Source of the DNA: Eledone cirrhosa
Lineage: Eukaryota
Direction: 5' to 3'
Length of the DNA stretch: 64,000 nucleotides
Assembly (NCBI GenBank): GCA_964016885.1
Contig: OZ024752.1
Location: forward strand, 8,990,001 to 9,054,000
In this document: positions 22,647-34,263 of the stretch, in pieces
Layout: the number at the start of each line of letters is the position of its first letter
How positions within the stretch are numbered: position 1 is the stretch's first letter
Notes under the pieces: model-generated
What the model saw: the letters and a program-made list of their open reading frames with translations, nothing else
Told to the model about the DNA's origin: nothing
Database searches by the model: none
Position numbers and translations under genes: made by a program

Positions 22647-25055
22647 TTAGTGTGTGGTCCTCAGTCGAATGTTTGTGCAGAGAAGGTGTTCGACCTGGTG
22701 TCTATAATTTATAATTATGTCAGACCTATAGTTTATGGCAGATTTTAATTTAATTATCTCAGCCGCCTCGGCCAGGCATAACCTGCAGTGGTTTCTGTCA
22801 CTGGGGAGTTGGGCCTCGCGTCTTTTGACTGACCATATGATCTGGAATTCGATGTTCCTGTCTTTGAGGTCCCGGATGAAATCGGCCAGTCTAGTTTGGG
22901 ATCGTTTGAGCCTGTATTTAAAGTAGCTTCTGTGGTTATACCAGCGCTCCTTAAATGTAGTGGAGGTCGTACCTATATAGGAGTACTCTTTTCTGCCAGC
23001 TGTGACATCGCACAGGTAAATAATGTTTTTAACAAGGCACTCTCCGTTTAGTGGGCATTCTACCCGGTTTTTAAAGTTGCAGTTTACAGGTTTGGTGGCA
23101 CGTTGTCGGTTGTTCGTATGCTGTGTGGAGCTGGCATGTAGGTTGTTTTGTTGTGGGGCTACCATGTGTTTGCGTATTTTTGTCCTATTAGTGTGCTATT
23201 GTGTGGCCTAGATTTGGTGCTGTTGAGAAAGAGAATTTTACAGTGTGTCTATTGAAAAGCCTGTGGTATTTATGTGTGTGGGAAGGATTGTTCAGAGCCC
23301 TAAAGAAGGTTCCCGGTATATTGGTGACAACATGTATAGAATACGGTGCGTTGTACCATGTCACAGGTCTAGTTCCGGCTTTATGGTGTGGTTGTGTGGG
23401 TTCGTTTTGGTCAGGCCTAATTGTTAGGGTTCCTAGTATTTTATTGGTGTTATGTCTCTTGTCTCTATTACTACATAAATGCGTGCTATAATCAGAGTCC
23501 TTATTGGTGTTGGAGAGTATAGCTTTATCTCCTTGGCAGTTGTGTGTAACGCTGTCTGCCTTGTCGGCTAAAGAGAGTCTTAGGTTATTATTTGTTCTAG
23601 GTGTGGTGTCCTCGTCTATGTTCGTTTCTAATTTGATCAGGTTTAGCGGCTTTGTGGTTCTAGTTTGATCATTGTAAGATATCTTCTCAAGTGCAGAGTT
23701 GTATTCCGCGTGTGGTTGAAGATAGTTCTATTTGCCGACAGGGTGGACACTCTATAGGAAACGCTTTTAACTATTGAGTTAATTATACTCCTAGGGTGGT
23801 TGAAGTGTCTGTTGACATATTTGTGGTAGACACCTGTGTCTAATTCCAGAGTGACATCTAAAAAGTTTACTGTCCTACTATTAGGTTCAATTTCTACCAC
23901 TAATCCTTGGGTCTTAAAGATATATCTAAGTCGTTTGTGAAGTCTATCTAATTGGCTATTATTGAGTCCACGGGTCATGAGTAGGGCATCGTGACGGTAT
24001 AAGCCACCGTCCAAGGAGGGGATCTCATCTGTTAATATATAGGCCTACTATATCGGTAACTTGCGCGGAGTCGGGCGATCCCATTGTAATGTCGAAGCTA
24101 TCTGGTCTATTCTGTCATTCCCTCAATTTACCGTCAAATTCAAGTAAAGTTTTCCTAGCTACTAGTATGATGTCCACCTCCTTTCTGATGAGGTTTGATC
24201 TGTTCATCGCTGAGATATCTGCCTTGTTAAGGATGACTGGAAATATAGTGGCGTAGTAGTTCGCAATGTCCATTTGGACTAATCGAACTACCGACTTGGT
24301 TTCAATGCCGCAGAACCAGTCGATTACCTCTTTTGTACATGACCAGAGGCTGAGTTTAGTTCTATTTCTAAGTTCTGGTATAACCCTTTCAATGATAGAT
24401 TTGCTTAGTCTACCTAGGTCTTATTTAGAGGGAGCTATAAGTCTGACCGGTAGTTTGGACTGAAAGTCCGGTTTGTGATCTTTAATAGATATCCTCGGTT
24501 TCCTAGGGTTGTAGGGTTGAGTCCTGTCATCTATGCTCAGTTCCGTCATTATTGTTTTCGCCTGTTTGTTTATGTGTGCTATGTTTTCCCGTGTTGATGT
24601 TTTGTATATTTTAGCTATTTCGTTTGTGATCCATTTCTTGTAGGTTTTGTACTCCAAATTGTATAAATTTCCTGTTTTATCGGCTGGTACGATGATGCCA
24701 GGGCTATTCCTGACCTTTATTACAGTAGTTGTGAGCCCAGACAGGAATACACTTCTGTCAGGGTTGAGTGGTGGTTTTCTGAATTTAATAGTCCGGACCT
24801 TGGTAATAATCCTGTCCTCAAACTCCTCTAGGAGTGGGTTGTGCAGTGGGTTTTTCCTCGATTTGAATAGTTTTGTCATGTGGTTGGTGGAATTGTCATC
24901 GGATCCGGGGGGGCCTCCTGTTGTAGTGGTAGGCCCTCCAACCGATCCTTCTAATGAAATTGTTGGTTTGCATTAATAAAAAGTTCATGTATACATCATC
25001 CGAAGGTATAGGTATGTCCTTTAAGGAGGAAGTGTTGTAGAACAATTCCATGGTG
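22647..25055 (-). pseudogene. Near full-length degenerate PLE (RT plus C-terminal GIY-YIG)
   Basis: SLKDIPIPS, IKDHK, FDITMGSPDSAQ, GGLYRHD, WYNAPYS, CN....ECPLNGECL, IIYLC..YIGTT..FKERWYNH, CRLCLAE. Confidence 0.92.
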
Positions 25056-25326
25056 TTCCAGGTAAGCGCTCGACAAAGTAAGGAGCTAGATATCCAGTGA
25101 GCACTCAATGTTTAGGTTCACTTCAGTGTCGAGGTGTACAGAGTGTATTATAGTGAAAAGATAATAAGGACGATTGGTTACTCCTTCATCACATTTATTG
25201 GTTGGGGACGCGCGTTTCACCACTGATCAGCTCAATGTTCGGGTGAACCCAAATTACACTCACTGGATATATATATCTATATGAAACAAAATCAAAGAGC
25301 GCTTACATCATCAATTAATCTTTATT

Positions 25327-25373
25327 TGCTGACAGTGTTTCGTCCTTGCCTAATTGCAGGACTCATCAGAGCG
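25327..25373 (-). ncRNA. Minimal type I hammerhead ribozyme
   Basis: GCT-CTGATGA-GTCC..GGAC-GAAA-CACT-GTC-AGC, followed by AATAAA. Confidence 0.85.
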
Positions 25374-25905
25374 TTATAAAGATGAATTAGATCAATAGTA
25401 TAAACTCTACCGACCTATATCACAAGAACGATCCATATGTAGCACATAAGTTCTGTGAAATCGAGGACGAGAGAGAATAAAGACCATCAAACCTGGTCGA
25501 AATGTGAGTAAGGAAAGAATTTTGCACAAGTCAAACGGGAGGAAGTAGGAGAGGGAGTAGCAGAGAGTGAGTGAGTGAAAGTGTGAGGAAGAGGCAAACA
25601 GAGAGTGACTGTTAGAGGGGGTAAAAGGAAGTGCGAGATACAGAAAAGGGGAAGCAGTAAGAAAGAAACAGACGGGTCACAGCGGAGGAAATTATATATG
25701 AATATGAAAACATGGCGTGCTGCGTGGTTGCAAATGGGTTACATATGAATAGATTTAGTCCTTCATCAGTGATCTTCCAACCTTCATTGGTATTTCATCG
25801 CTTTAAAGACCATATATATACCTTCGGTTGGTGCGAGCAACGGCTAAAGAAAGTCGGGGGAACGAGCGAGACAGTAAACAATCAAAGATGGTAATGCAAC
25901 GAAAA

Positions 25906-25960
<55 letters not shown>

Positions 25961-26003
25961 TATAAATCAACAAAGAAGCCTTTAATACATGAAAAATCTT
26001 TAT

Positions 26004-26048
26004 TCGCTGACAATGTTTCGTCCCAGTAATTAGGACTCTTCAGGGCAA
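26004..26048 (-). ncRNA. Minimal type I hammerhead ribozyme (stem I mismatch)
   Basis: TTGCC-CTGAAGA-GTCC..GGAC-GAAA-CATT-GTC-AGCGA, followed by AATAAA. Confidence 0.75.
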
Positions 26049-26416
26049 GGAAAAGACAAAAAATATCAACGGCTAGAACAAGCCAAAATTCAGAAGAATA
26101 GAGAAATAGAAATATAGAAATTTAAATGTTACATTATAAGATATAATATGCAGGTAATATAAAAACAGGATAAGGAGGCAAGGTCTAGGATGTTGCGACA
26201 TATTAAGATTTCAGGTAACTAAGAAAGGGGTCTTAATTACTAATGGGTAAACATTTATAATATTTATAACACACCCGATAGTATGTAAGGAAGGATATTT
26301 CGGAAAATTATCCAGGAAAGACGTGTCAAACCTATAGGGTACATTGGTACATAAAAACTATAGGGCAAGAGAGCAAGCAAACATTAAAATAGCCACGTTA
26401 AAAGTACAATATACAA

Positions 26417-29400
26417 GCCCTTAAAAGAACTGTTGAGCATGGACAGACGAAAGCACAAGTTGAAAGGACGAAGCAAGGCGAGATGTAAACTATAAAATGA
26501 CTTTGACCAGATTTATGCAGGCGTGATGAATGCGCCTGTTGCAATTTCGGTTGAGCTGCCTGTGAATTGCGTGACAAAAAGTCTAACTGGGCAATGAAGA
26601 TAACCGTAATGTGTGAACTGAATGGCCGTAAGCATGCTGCCTAAAAGTAACAGTTTGCTCCACAGCATATGACTTGAGCGAATGCATGTGGTAAAAAAAA
26701 TACCGAGGCATTCTCGAGCTATTGAGTGAATGTGTACGTGAAAAAAGAAGGCCAGTGTTTTGAGGATGCGATTTGTGAAATGCGTGATCAAAGAGAAAAC
26801 ATTTTGTCGTGTAAGAGTTAGAGGGACACAAATATCTATTGCTCAGTGTATGAACTAAAAGGTGAAACAAACGTGGTTTTGTAGTGTGCATGAAAAACAG
26901 GATATGTACACGCCTTGTATGTATATAAAAATTATGGCAATTACACAATCAATGTTACAAAACAAGAAAAATACAAATTTTGCAAAACAAGAGAGAGAAG
27001 AAAAAAAATGTTATACACAATGTTTGTTCTTAAATAGAGTTTGTAATAAATAATGTTCTTCGTGACATGAGCACATGGTCACTAAAAATTGCAATTGTTC
27101 AAGCAGAAAGTTCATTGTATTTGAAACTGGAAATAGTAAACACAAGAAAAATGGAAATGTTTTGCACGAAGACTGATTAATAAACTCACTTGAGGTTAAC
27201 GGTAATTCACATATTGTGCCAACTTTGCGGGCCAATGGACGTGTCGTCCGCTTCTCGTGACTGGAGATGAAACAGGTGGCTCGCTGGGACAGCAATCTGT
27301 TGGAGTTTCTGGTGTAGAGACTGTAACAGTATCCATGATGGCTTTTTTTAATCTGTCCACGCTGACAGAATTCTGTTTACCGTCTAGATCGAGAATAAAA
27401 TATTTCGGATATTTTTTTAGAACACGATAAGGGCCAGAATATGGAGGTCGAAGATGAGCTGAGATGGTGTCGTTTCGAACGAAAACGTGTGTCCAATCAT
27501 CAATGTCTGAAGGTACGTGTGTGGCCGTGTTCTGTTAACGGGTGCTTGCATGAGCAAGCTGAGACATATATTGTCGAAGACGGTGTACGTATGATCCTGG
27601 GTCTGGAACATACTGAGGAGAGATGGGAGCAACCATCTGACCAGGTAGAACCAGGGTGGTGCTGTACACTAATTCTGCAGGTGTGTGTCCGAATTCCTCT
27701 TTAACGGTGGATCGAATGCCCAAAAGGATGAGTGGTAGGTATTCAAACCAGTGGGTCTTGTCTGGATATGCTTTTATTGCAGCTTTCAATTGACGATGGA
27801 ATCTTTCCACGAGACCTTTAGCTTGCGGGTGATAAGCTGTCGTGCGGATGTGTTTACATCCTAACAGGCGAGTCAATTCCCTGAAGAGGTGGAAGTCAAA
27901 TTGGCGTCCTCTGTCCGTTATCTTCGCTGGGGCGCCATAACGTGATACCCAGTGTAAAACCAAAGTTTTAGCGACTGTTTCCACTGAGGTATCATTTATG
28001 GGAAAAGCCTCAGGCCAACGAGAAAATCGATCTATGCAAGTGAGCAAGTGTGTGTAGTTCTGTGATGGTGGTAGAGGTCCAACGATGTCGGTATGCACAT
28101 GATAAAAACATGCATCAGGTTGCGCGAATGTGCCGAGTGGAGTTTTGATGTGTCTGTGGACTTTAGCTTTCTGGCAGGCAATGCAGCTCCTGGACCAGTC
28201 GCGCACGTCCTTGTTAATGTTAGTCCACACAAAACAAGCAGAGATGAGTTTCTGTGTAGCTCGGATTCCCGGGTGAGACAAGCAGTGTAAAGCAGAAAAA
28301 ACTTGTCGACAATGCATCTGTGGTACGTACGGTCGTTCATGACCGGTAGAAAGGTCGCACCAAATTTGTCCCGGAGAAGAAGGAATGGGAACTTGCTGAA
28401 ACTTGAGGGATGGCGAATCTCGGAGCTTGATAAACTCTTGGTCAGCTGCGATCTGTTGAAGGTCGATGCCTGAATGCACATGTATTGCGTTCAGCTGGAT
28501 TCGGGACAGGGCGTCGGCTGCTACGTTGTCTGATCCCCTGATATGCCGAATATCAGTTAGTATTGGGAGACAAAATCCAGGTGTCGGAGTTCTCTCGGTG
28601 AATGTCAATCAGGTTTGGTACGGAACGCATAAATTAATGGTTTATGGTCCGTGTAGATCACGAAATCTGATCCTTCGAGCATGTGCCGAAAATGTTTAAC
28701 CGAAAGATAGGTTGCCAAGAGTTCGCGGCCAAAGGTACTGTATTTCGTTTCTGCCGGTTGCAACCGCTTAGAAAAGAAGGATAAGGGTTGCCACACGCCG
28801 TCGACATGTTGTAGAACGCCTCCAACCCCCGTGTCTGATGCGTCCACCTGGGGAAAACGAGCAATATTTCTTTCAGGCGGTTAAATGATGTAAATTCTTC
28901 CTCGTTTAGAGTGATCTCTTCGTTTTTGCGAGTCCGGTTACGAAGAAGGTCCGTGAGGAGTCTGGCTTTGTCGGAACTATGCGGGATGAACCGCCTATAA
29001 AAATTCACCAGACCGAGGAATTCACGCAGTTTTCGAAGTGATGTAGGTGCAGGAAAACTGCGGATAGCTTCTACTTTCTCGGGAAGTGGGCGAATGCCGT
29101 CTTTATCGATGATGCGCCCGAGAAAGGACAGTGAAGGAACGCCGAGAAAGCACTTGCTGGGGTTGATGATGATACCGTACTCAGCCTAACGTCGGAAAAG
29201 GAGATCTAACTGCTTCTCGTGTTCATTCTCGGAGGCACTTGCTACCAGTACGTCGTCAATATACGCGTATACGAAGGGTAGATCGCGTAACACGGTGTCG
29301 ATAAACTGCTGAAAAGTTTATGCAGCGTTGCGCAGATCGAACGGCATTCGCAGGAATTCGAATAACCGAATGGTGTTGTGATTGCGGTCTTCGGAATGTC

Positions 29401-31483
29401 TGCAGGCTCCATAGGTATCTGGTTATATGCACGCACCAAATCTACCTTGGAAAAGATACGTGCGCTTTGCAGGTGAGGTACAGGGTAATTATCGGGCACT
29501 GTAGAATTGTTAAGTGCACGATAATCCCCACATGGTCGCCAATCATTCTCGGTTTTTTTTGGAACAAGGTGTAGGGGTGCAGACCAGTTGCTGGAGGAAG
29601 GGCGAATGATTCCGAGGTCCAGCATGTGTTGGAACTCCTGCTTGGCGATTCTCAATCGTCTGGAGGCAGTCTCCTTGGTCGGGCGGCTGTGGGTGTTCCC
29701 TTTGTCTCGATGTGGTGCATGACACTATTCTTAATAGGTCCATCCTTAAATACCGGGCGAGTGATGTCTGGATATTTCTGGAGAATGCCGTTGTACCGCG
29801 AAGGCTCTGACTGGCAAATTACAGGGCTCACTGTGGATTGCGTGGTAAATATACCTCTCACAGTGAGGTTTGTGGTGGTGTCAATAAGCCTCCGGTTCTT
29901 CATATCTACCAGAAGGTTGAAGTGGTGGAGAAAATCGGCCCCTAGGATCGGGGTCGGCAGGTCTGCCACGATGAACACCCATTGAAAACGCCGCCTCAGG
30001 CCTAAATTGAGGGTCAGAGACTTCTCCCCGAAAGTCGGAATTGACGATTGGTTCACTGCCTGCAGAAAGGACGGGGTTGGGTGTCTTTTGCCCGAGATTA
30101 GTGAAACAGGAATAACACTAACCTGGGCTCCTGTATCCACGAGGTAACGGATGCCTGTCGCCTGGTCGTTAATAAAAAATAGACGACTTTTCAGTACCAG
30201 GGGTGAACGGCGTCGCTAGGCCCTGGTCTGCCCGTTTCCATGGGTGGTATTCTGGAAAGAGCACGGGGCCCTACACTTAGATGCCTGAGCGCCGAATTCC
30301 TTGTGATACCAGCAGAGGTTGCCAGACACACGATTTTGACTGGGACTTCTTGATCTTTGACGGTGAAAGGGTCTGAACCGACTGTTGCTGTGCCGCCGGT
30401 GTGTTTGCAAGGTCAGGCTTTCTAATTGGTTTGAGAGGGCTTTGATTTGACCAGCCTGCTCTCTGATCATAGCCCGCAGCTCTGAAATCTCGGAGGTGGA
30501 GTCCGAGGACGCTACGTAAGGGTTCGTCCGACGATCTACCTGTGTTACTGAGGCAAAAGGGATTGATACCTCAGCGATCTTATCTGCGACACTTGTCAGT
30601 TCCTCCGGGGTTGCTGACTCGTTAGTCGACGCCAGAATGCCTTGCATCGATATGGGCTAGCGGTGTATGAACAACCGTTTCAGCAGATCTTCTGAAAGTG
30701 GCTGATCCTCCATCAGCTGTCTCATCTTTTGCAATAGTTGGGATGGTTTTCTGTCCCCCAATTCTTCTGCAGGCACGAGTTGGTTGAGTCGTCTCTGCTG
30801 TGACGCGGTCGTCCGCTTGACCAATTCCTTGCGGAATGATTCATATGACACCGTGCCTGGCGGTGCCATGACGAGGTACCTCACCTCAGCCAAAACTTCT
30901 GGCGGGACAGATCCAATGATGTAGGTGAGCTTTGCGGAATTGCTCTTAATTCTGTTCGCGGTGAATTGCGCTTCTATGTGAGCGAACCACAGAGTCGGGT
31001 CGTGAGACCAAAATGCGGTGACTTTCAATGTTAACGCCGCTTGTGTGGTTGGTATCGCGGCTTCTGTCGTTTTTGACATGTCCATGTTGATATTTTCTTA
31101 GGTGCTGTCTGGTTGCGCGTTCGACTCGCGTTCGGGTCACCAATTGTAGCGACGTGGTTAGTCAGTCTAGTCACTACTTCTGATCAGATCCAAGAATAGC
31201 CCTTAGAAGGACTCTTATCGCACACGGTCTGATCAGATCTGAAGATAGCCCTTAAAAGGACTGTTGTCGCATATAGCCCTTAAAAGAACTGTTGAGGATG
31301 GACAGACGAAAGCACAAGTTGAAAGGACGAAGCAAGGCGAGATGTAAATTCGATCAGCTATTTATTTTCACATGAAGTGACGATACGAGGTACAAAGCGT
31401 GGCAGAGGCGAGGAACACCGATACGCGAGTTGACTCTGCCAAATGTCGACTGGCGAAGTGTTGGGAACCACTCTATTTATACA
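26417..31483 (-). mobile_element. Ty3/Gypsy LTR retrotransposon, near complete, with frameshifts and stops
   Basis: LTR ~31145-31483 with a partial copy at 26417-26489; PBS TGGTGACCCG at ~31134-31143; gag 31085-30216, PR DTGA, RT ([15 protein letters not shown]), RNase H (DASD, RELLA, TDHKPL), integrase (HPG..C..C, DIVGPL, TDRG, VERFHR). Confidence 0.95.
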
Positions 31484-31649
31484 GAAACAATTGTTTGATG
31501 TTTAGCCGATGTGTAGGCGTTTATTCTGGTAGGTTTTAAGGGTTCTTTTTGTTTCATGTTGAAGTAGCTAGCTAACAGGTAGATGGCGCTGTATATTTCA
31601 CATGTTATTTCCGGTGGCTGTATATATATATATATATATACATTAAGAG

Positions 31650-32355
31650 AGTAAAACAAAGAATCCTTTAATACATCAAAAGTTTTTATTAGCCGACAAT
31701 GTTTCGTCCTATTAAGGACTCATCAGGGCAATCAAAACAACAAGAGGTAATTTTGGCAGATACAAGCCAGAAACTCTGAAGAATATGGAGTTTACATACA
31801 CTAATGTCTTACAAAGATATACGATAATAAAAATGAAGATAAAAATAATAAAATTATAATAACTAAGGATGTAGATAACATTAAGAACCATATTACAAAT
31901 ATAGTCCAAAGTCACCAACTTAAATCTAAACAAATTTGGTTATATAGAGCAGGAGTTATATATAACACAGTATAATACATTATAATAATAATATATCTAT
32001 ACCAACATTAAAATTCCAAATTAAAAATCAAAAGGTACAATATATACATGTATATATGTGCGCACACACACACACACACATTACAATACACATATCTATT
32101 TTCTATTACACAGAAATTAAGCCCTATTGGAAGTTTGCACATCAAAAATATCAAAAATAAGCATGGTAATAGTGAAAATAATGCTAATACATCTACCCAA
32201 TATACATGAGGCAATAATATGATATAATTACAAGAAACACTTATAATAAACAACAAAATTATATAATACAATACAATATAATAAAGTAGAATATATAATA
32301 ATCCCCGGTTAATTTACAGAAACAATATAGATGTCACAGTGAAATACAATGATAA
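31650..32355 (-). mobile_element. Non-coding HHR-bearing repeat (PLE pLTR or retrozyme-like), copy A
   Basis: ~700 bp of strong similarity to 61450-62165; (TA)n flank; contains an HHR. Confidence 0.7.
31692..31729 (-). ncRNA. Minimal type I hammerhead ribozyme
   Basis: GCC-CTGATGA-GTCCT taat AGGAC-GAAA-CATT-GTC-GGC, then AATAAA. Confidence 0.88.
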
Positions 32356-32384
32356 ATTGTTAACATATTAACAATTAGCATAAA

Positions 32385-32463
32385 CAATATGTATATATAC
32401 ATACACATAAATACACAAACACACTATATATACATACACATACACATGAATACACAAACACAC

Positions 32464-32498
<35 letters not shown>

Positions 32499-32570
32499 AC
32501 AAACACACTATATATATATATACATACACATACACATGAATACACAAATACATACACTATATATATATAT
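32385..32570. repeat. Compound (TA)n/(CA)n simple repeat with about three copies of a ~55-70 bp unit
   Basis: Recurrent CACATGAATACACAAACACACTATATA. Confidence 0.85.
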
Positions 32571-32622
32571 CAGGAAAGAAGATTGACATGGTTTGCTATA
32601 CAAAAAAGGTTTTTAATCTTAT

Positions 32623-32730
32623 TGCTGACAATTGTTTCTCTGAACTGGTAGGTCTAGAGATCGCTATTCGCTTGTTTTCACGTTACTCGATCGCCAATAC
32701 AAAATTATAACCAGTCAGTTCTTCGGAGCA
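32623..32730 (-). ncRNA. Variant hammerhead motif with extended stem II
   Basis: TGCT-CCGAAGA-ACTGACTGG..~60 nt..CCAGTTCAGA-GAAA-CAATTGTC-AGCA. Confidence 0.5.
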
Positions 32731-34059
32731 TGCGAGAATGAAGAGAATATACAGGCATGTATGGAATATACAGGCTACTATATGAAGTAGTAATGGCATT
32801 CAGTTAGAACAATAACAACAATTACAACAATACTATTAAATTATTTGAGGAGACCCTGACATTACATTAGGTGGGGGGTATAGTGTATCTAAGATTTCGG
32901 CGTGTAAAACTAACTGACATGAAGCAGAAGTATAAGTTTGGCATGTACGGAGTGTCGTAGGGTGTATTGTATCAATTTTAAAGATAAGCCGGCGTTTACA
33001 GTCTTTCTTTTCATCTTCAATAACATACATGAATGGGACAACACTGTCAAAGCTAAATAGTGGGCGAGTTAATACAGAGGTTAAGGAGGTAATATATATA
33101 TATACACATATACACACGCATGTGTACATAGACACATACATACACATCAATATACACTCATACAAAAATATACATACATGCAAAGAGATAAGCGTGCTGA
33201 TTGTAATTATGGCAAAAGGAAGGTAATGTTACATTGTAGTAGTGATTTGAGAAATTCTTGGATTTAGGATCAAGTGATGGCAGCAGCTGAGAAGGAATAA
33301 GTTTCTGGGTTGATGAGGTACTTACAGACATTTGTGTGGTATAGACCTGTGAAGGCTAGAGTGTACTTAATGAGTATATTTCTGTGGTGATTTATGCAGG
33401 GTAGTGGGTATCCTAGTTTAAAGCTATGTTGTGTTGGTTTGATTCACGGAGGTTTGACTCTTATGAATTTAGTGGCAATTCTGTCTGCAGAAGATAGATC
33501 TTTCTAACTTATTGTAAAGTAGCCTTTTTACATTTTTGAGGATATACATTAGTTCTAGATCACATAGCCCGCAGTGGGACATACCTGTACTATAGGTTTT
33601 AGCAGCCGACAACTTCGACCAGTTAATACTGTAGTTAGTGCTGCTGTCCTTCAGTTCCCATATTTTTTTGGCGAGGTTGTGGAACCCATAAGTGCACGGT
33701 TTTTCATTGAGTGCCTGTGCACATACCATCTTTTTTTAAAAGAACCCGCGGTGGATCCTATGTAATTCCAGGTGGAGTTATCCGAGTTGACCGTGCACAT
33801 GTATACTAGGCTCGAATCGAGACATCTGTTCGCCAATGGGCACCTATCTGGTAGGTGAGAGTTACAGTTTGAGGCGCTATTTTGTGCAGCTTCTACGATA
33901 TCCGTACAGTTCTTATAGATGGCCTCGTGGAGTGGAGTATCCCCTCTTTTATTCCGACAATTTACATCCACTCTAGAAGACAGCAAGGATTTCACCTCTT
34001 CATAGTTTTTTTCTGAAAGTAGTAGAAATAAATACAAATACACATATATAGGAAATGAA

Positions 34060-34263
34060 GGCACATGGCTTAGTGGTTAGTGTGTTCTACTGAAGATCAT
34101 GAGGTTGTGAGTTTGATTCCTGGGGATGTCTTGTCCTTGAGCAAGACACTTTATTACATGATGATCCACTCCACTCAGCTAGCAAAACTGAGTTGTACCA
34201 GTAATACAAAGGGTCAGCCTTGTTAATCTGCTTATCCTTGAGAACTACAATAAAGGTACACAT
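34060..34263 (+). mobile_element. tRNA-derived SINE (representative; one per array unit)
   Basis: A box TGGCTTAGTGG, B-box-like GAGTTTGATTCC, CORE-like TGTCCTTGAGCAAGACACTT. Confidence 0.75.

Noticed and set aside
32368-32586. Short Cys/Val/Tyr/Ile-rich ORFs (also 21513-21733, 59877-60101)
   Set aside because: Translations of (TA)/(CA) microsatellites
34060-34135. tRNA gene in each array unit
   Set aside because: A/B boxes are present but there is no convincing cloverleaf, and the sequence runs into a SINE body
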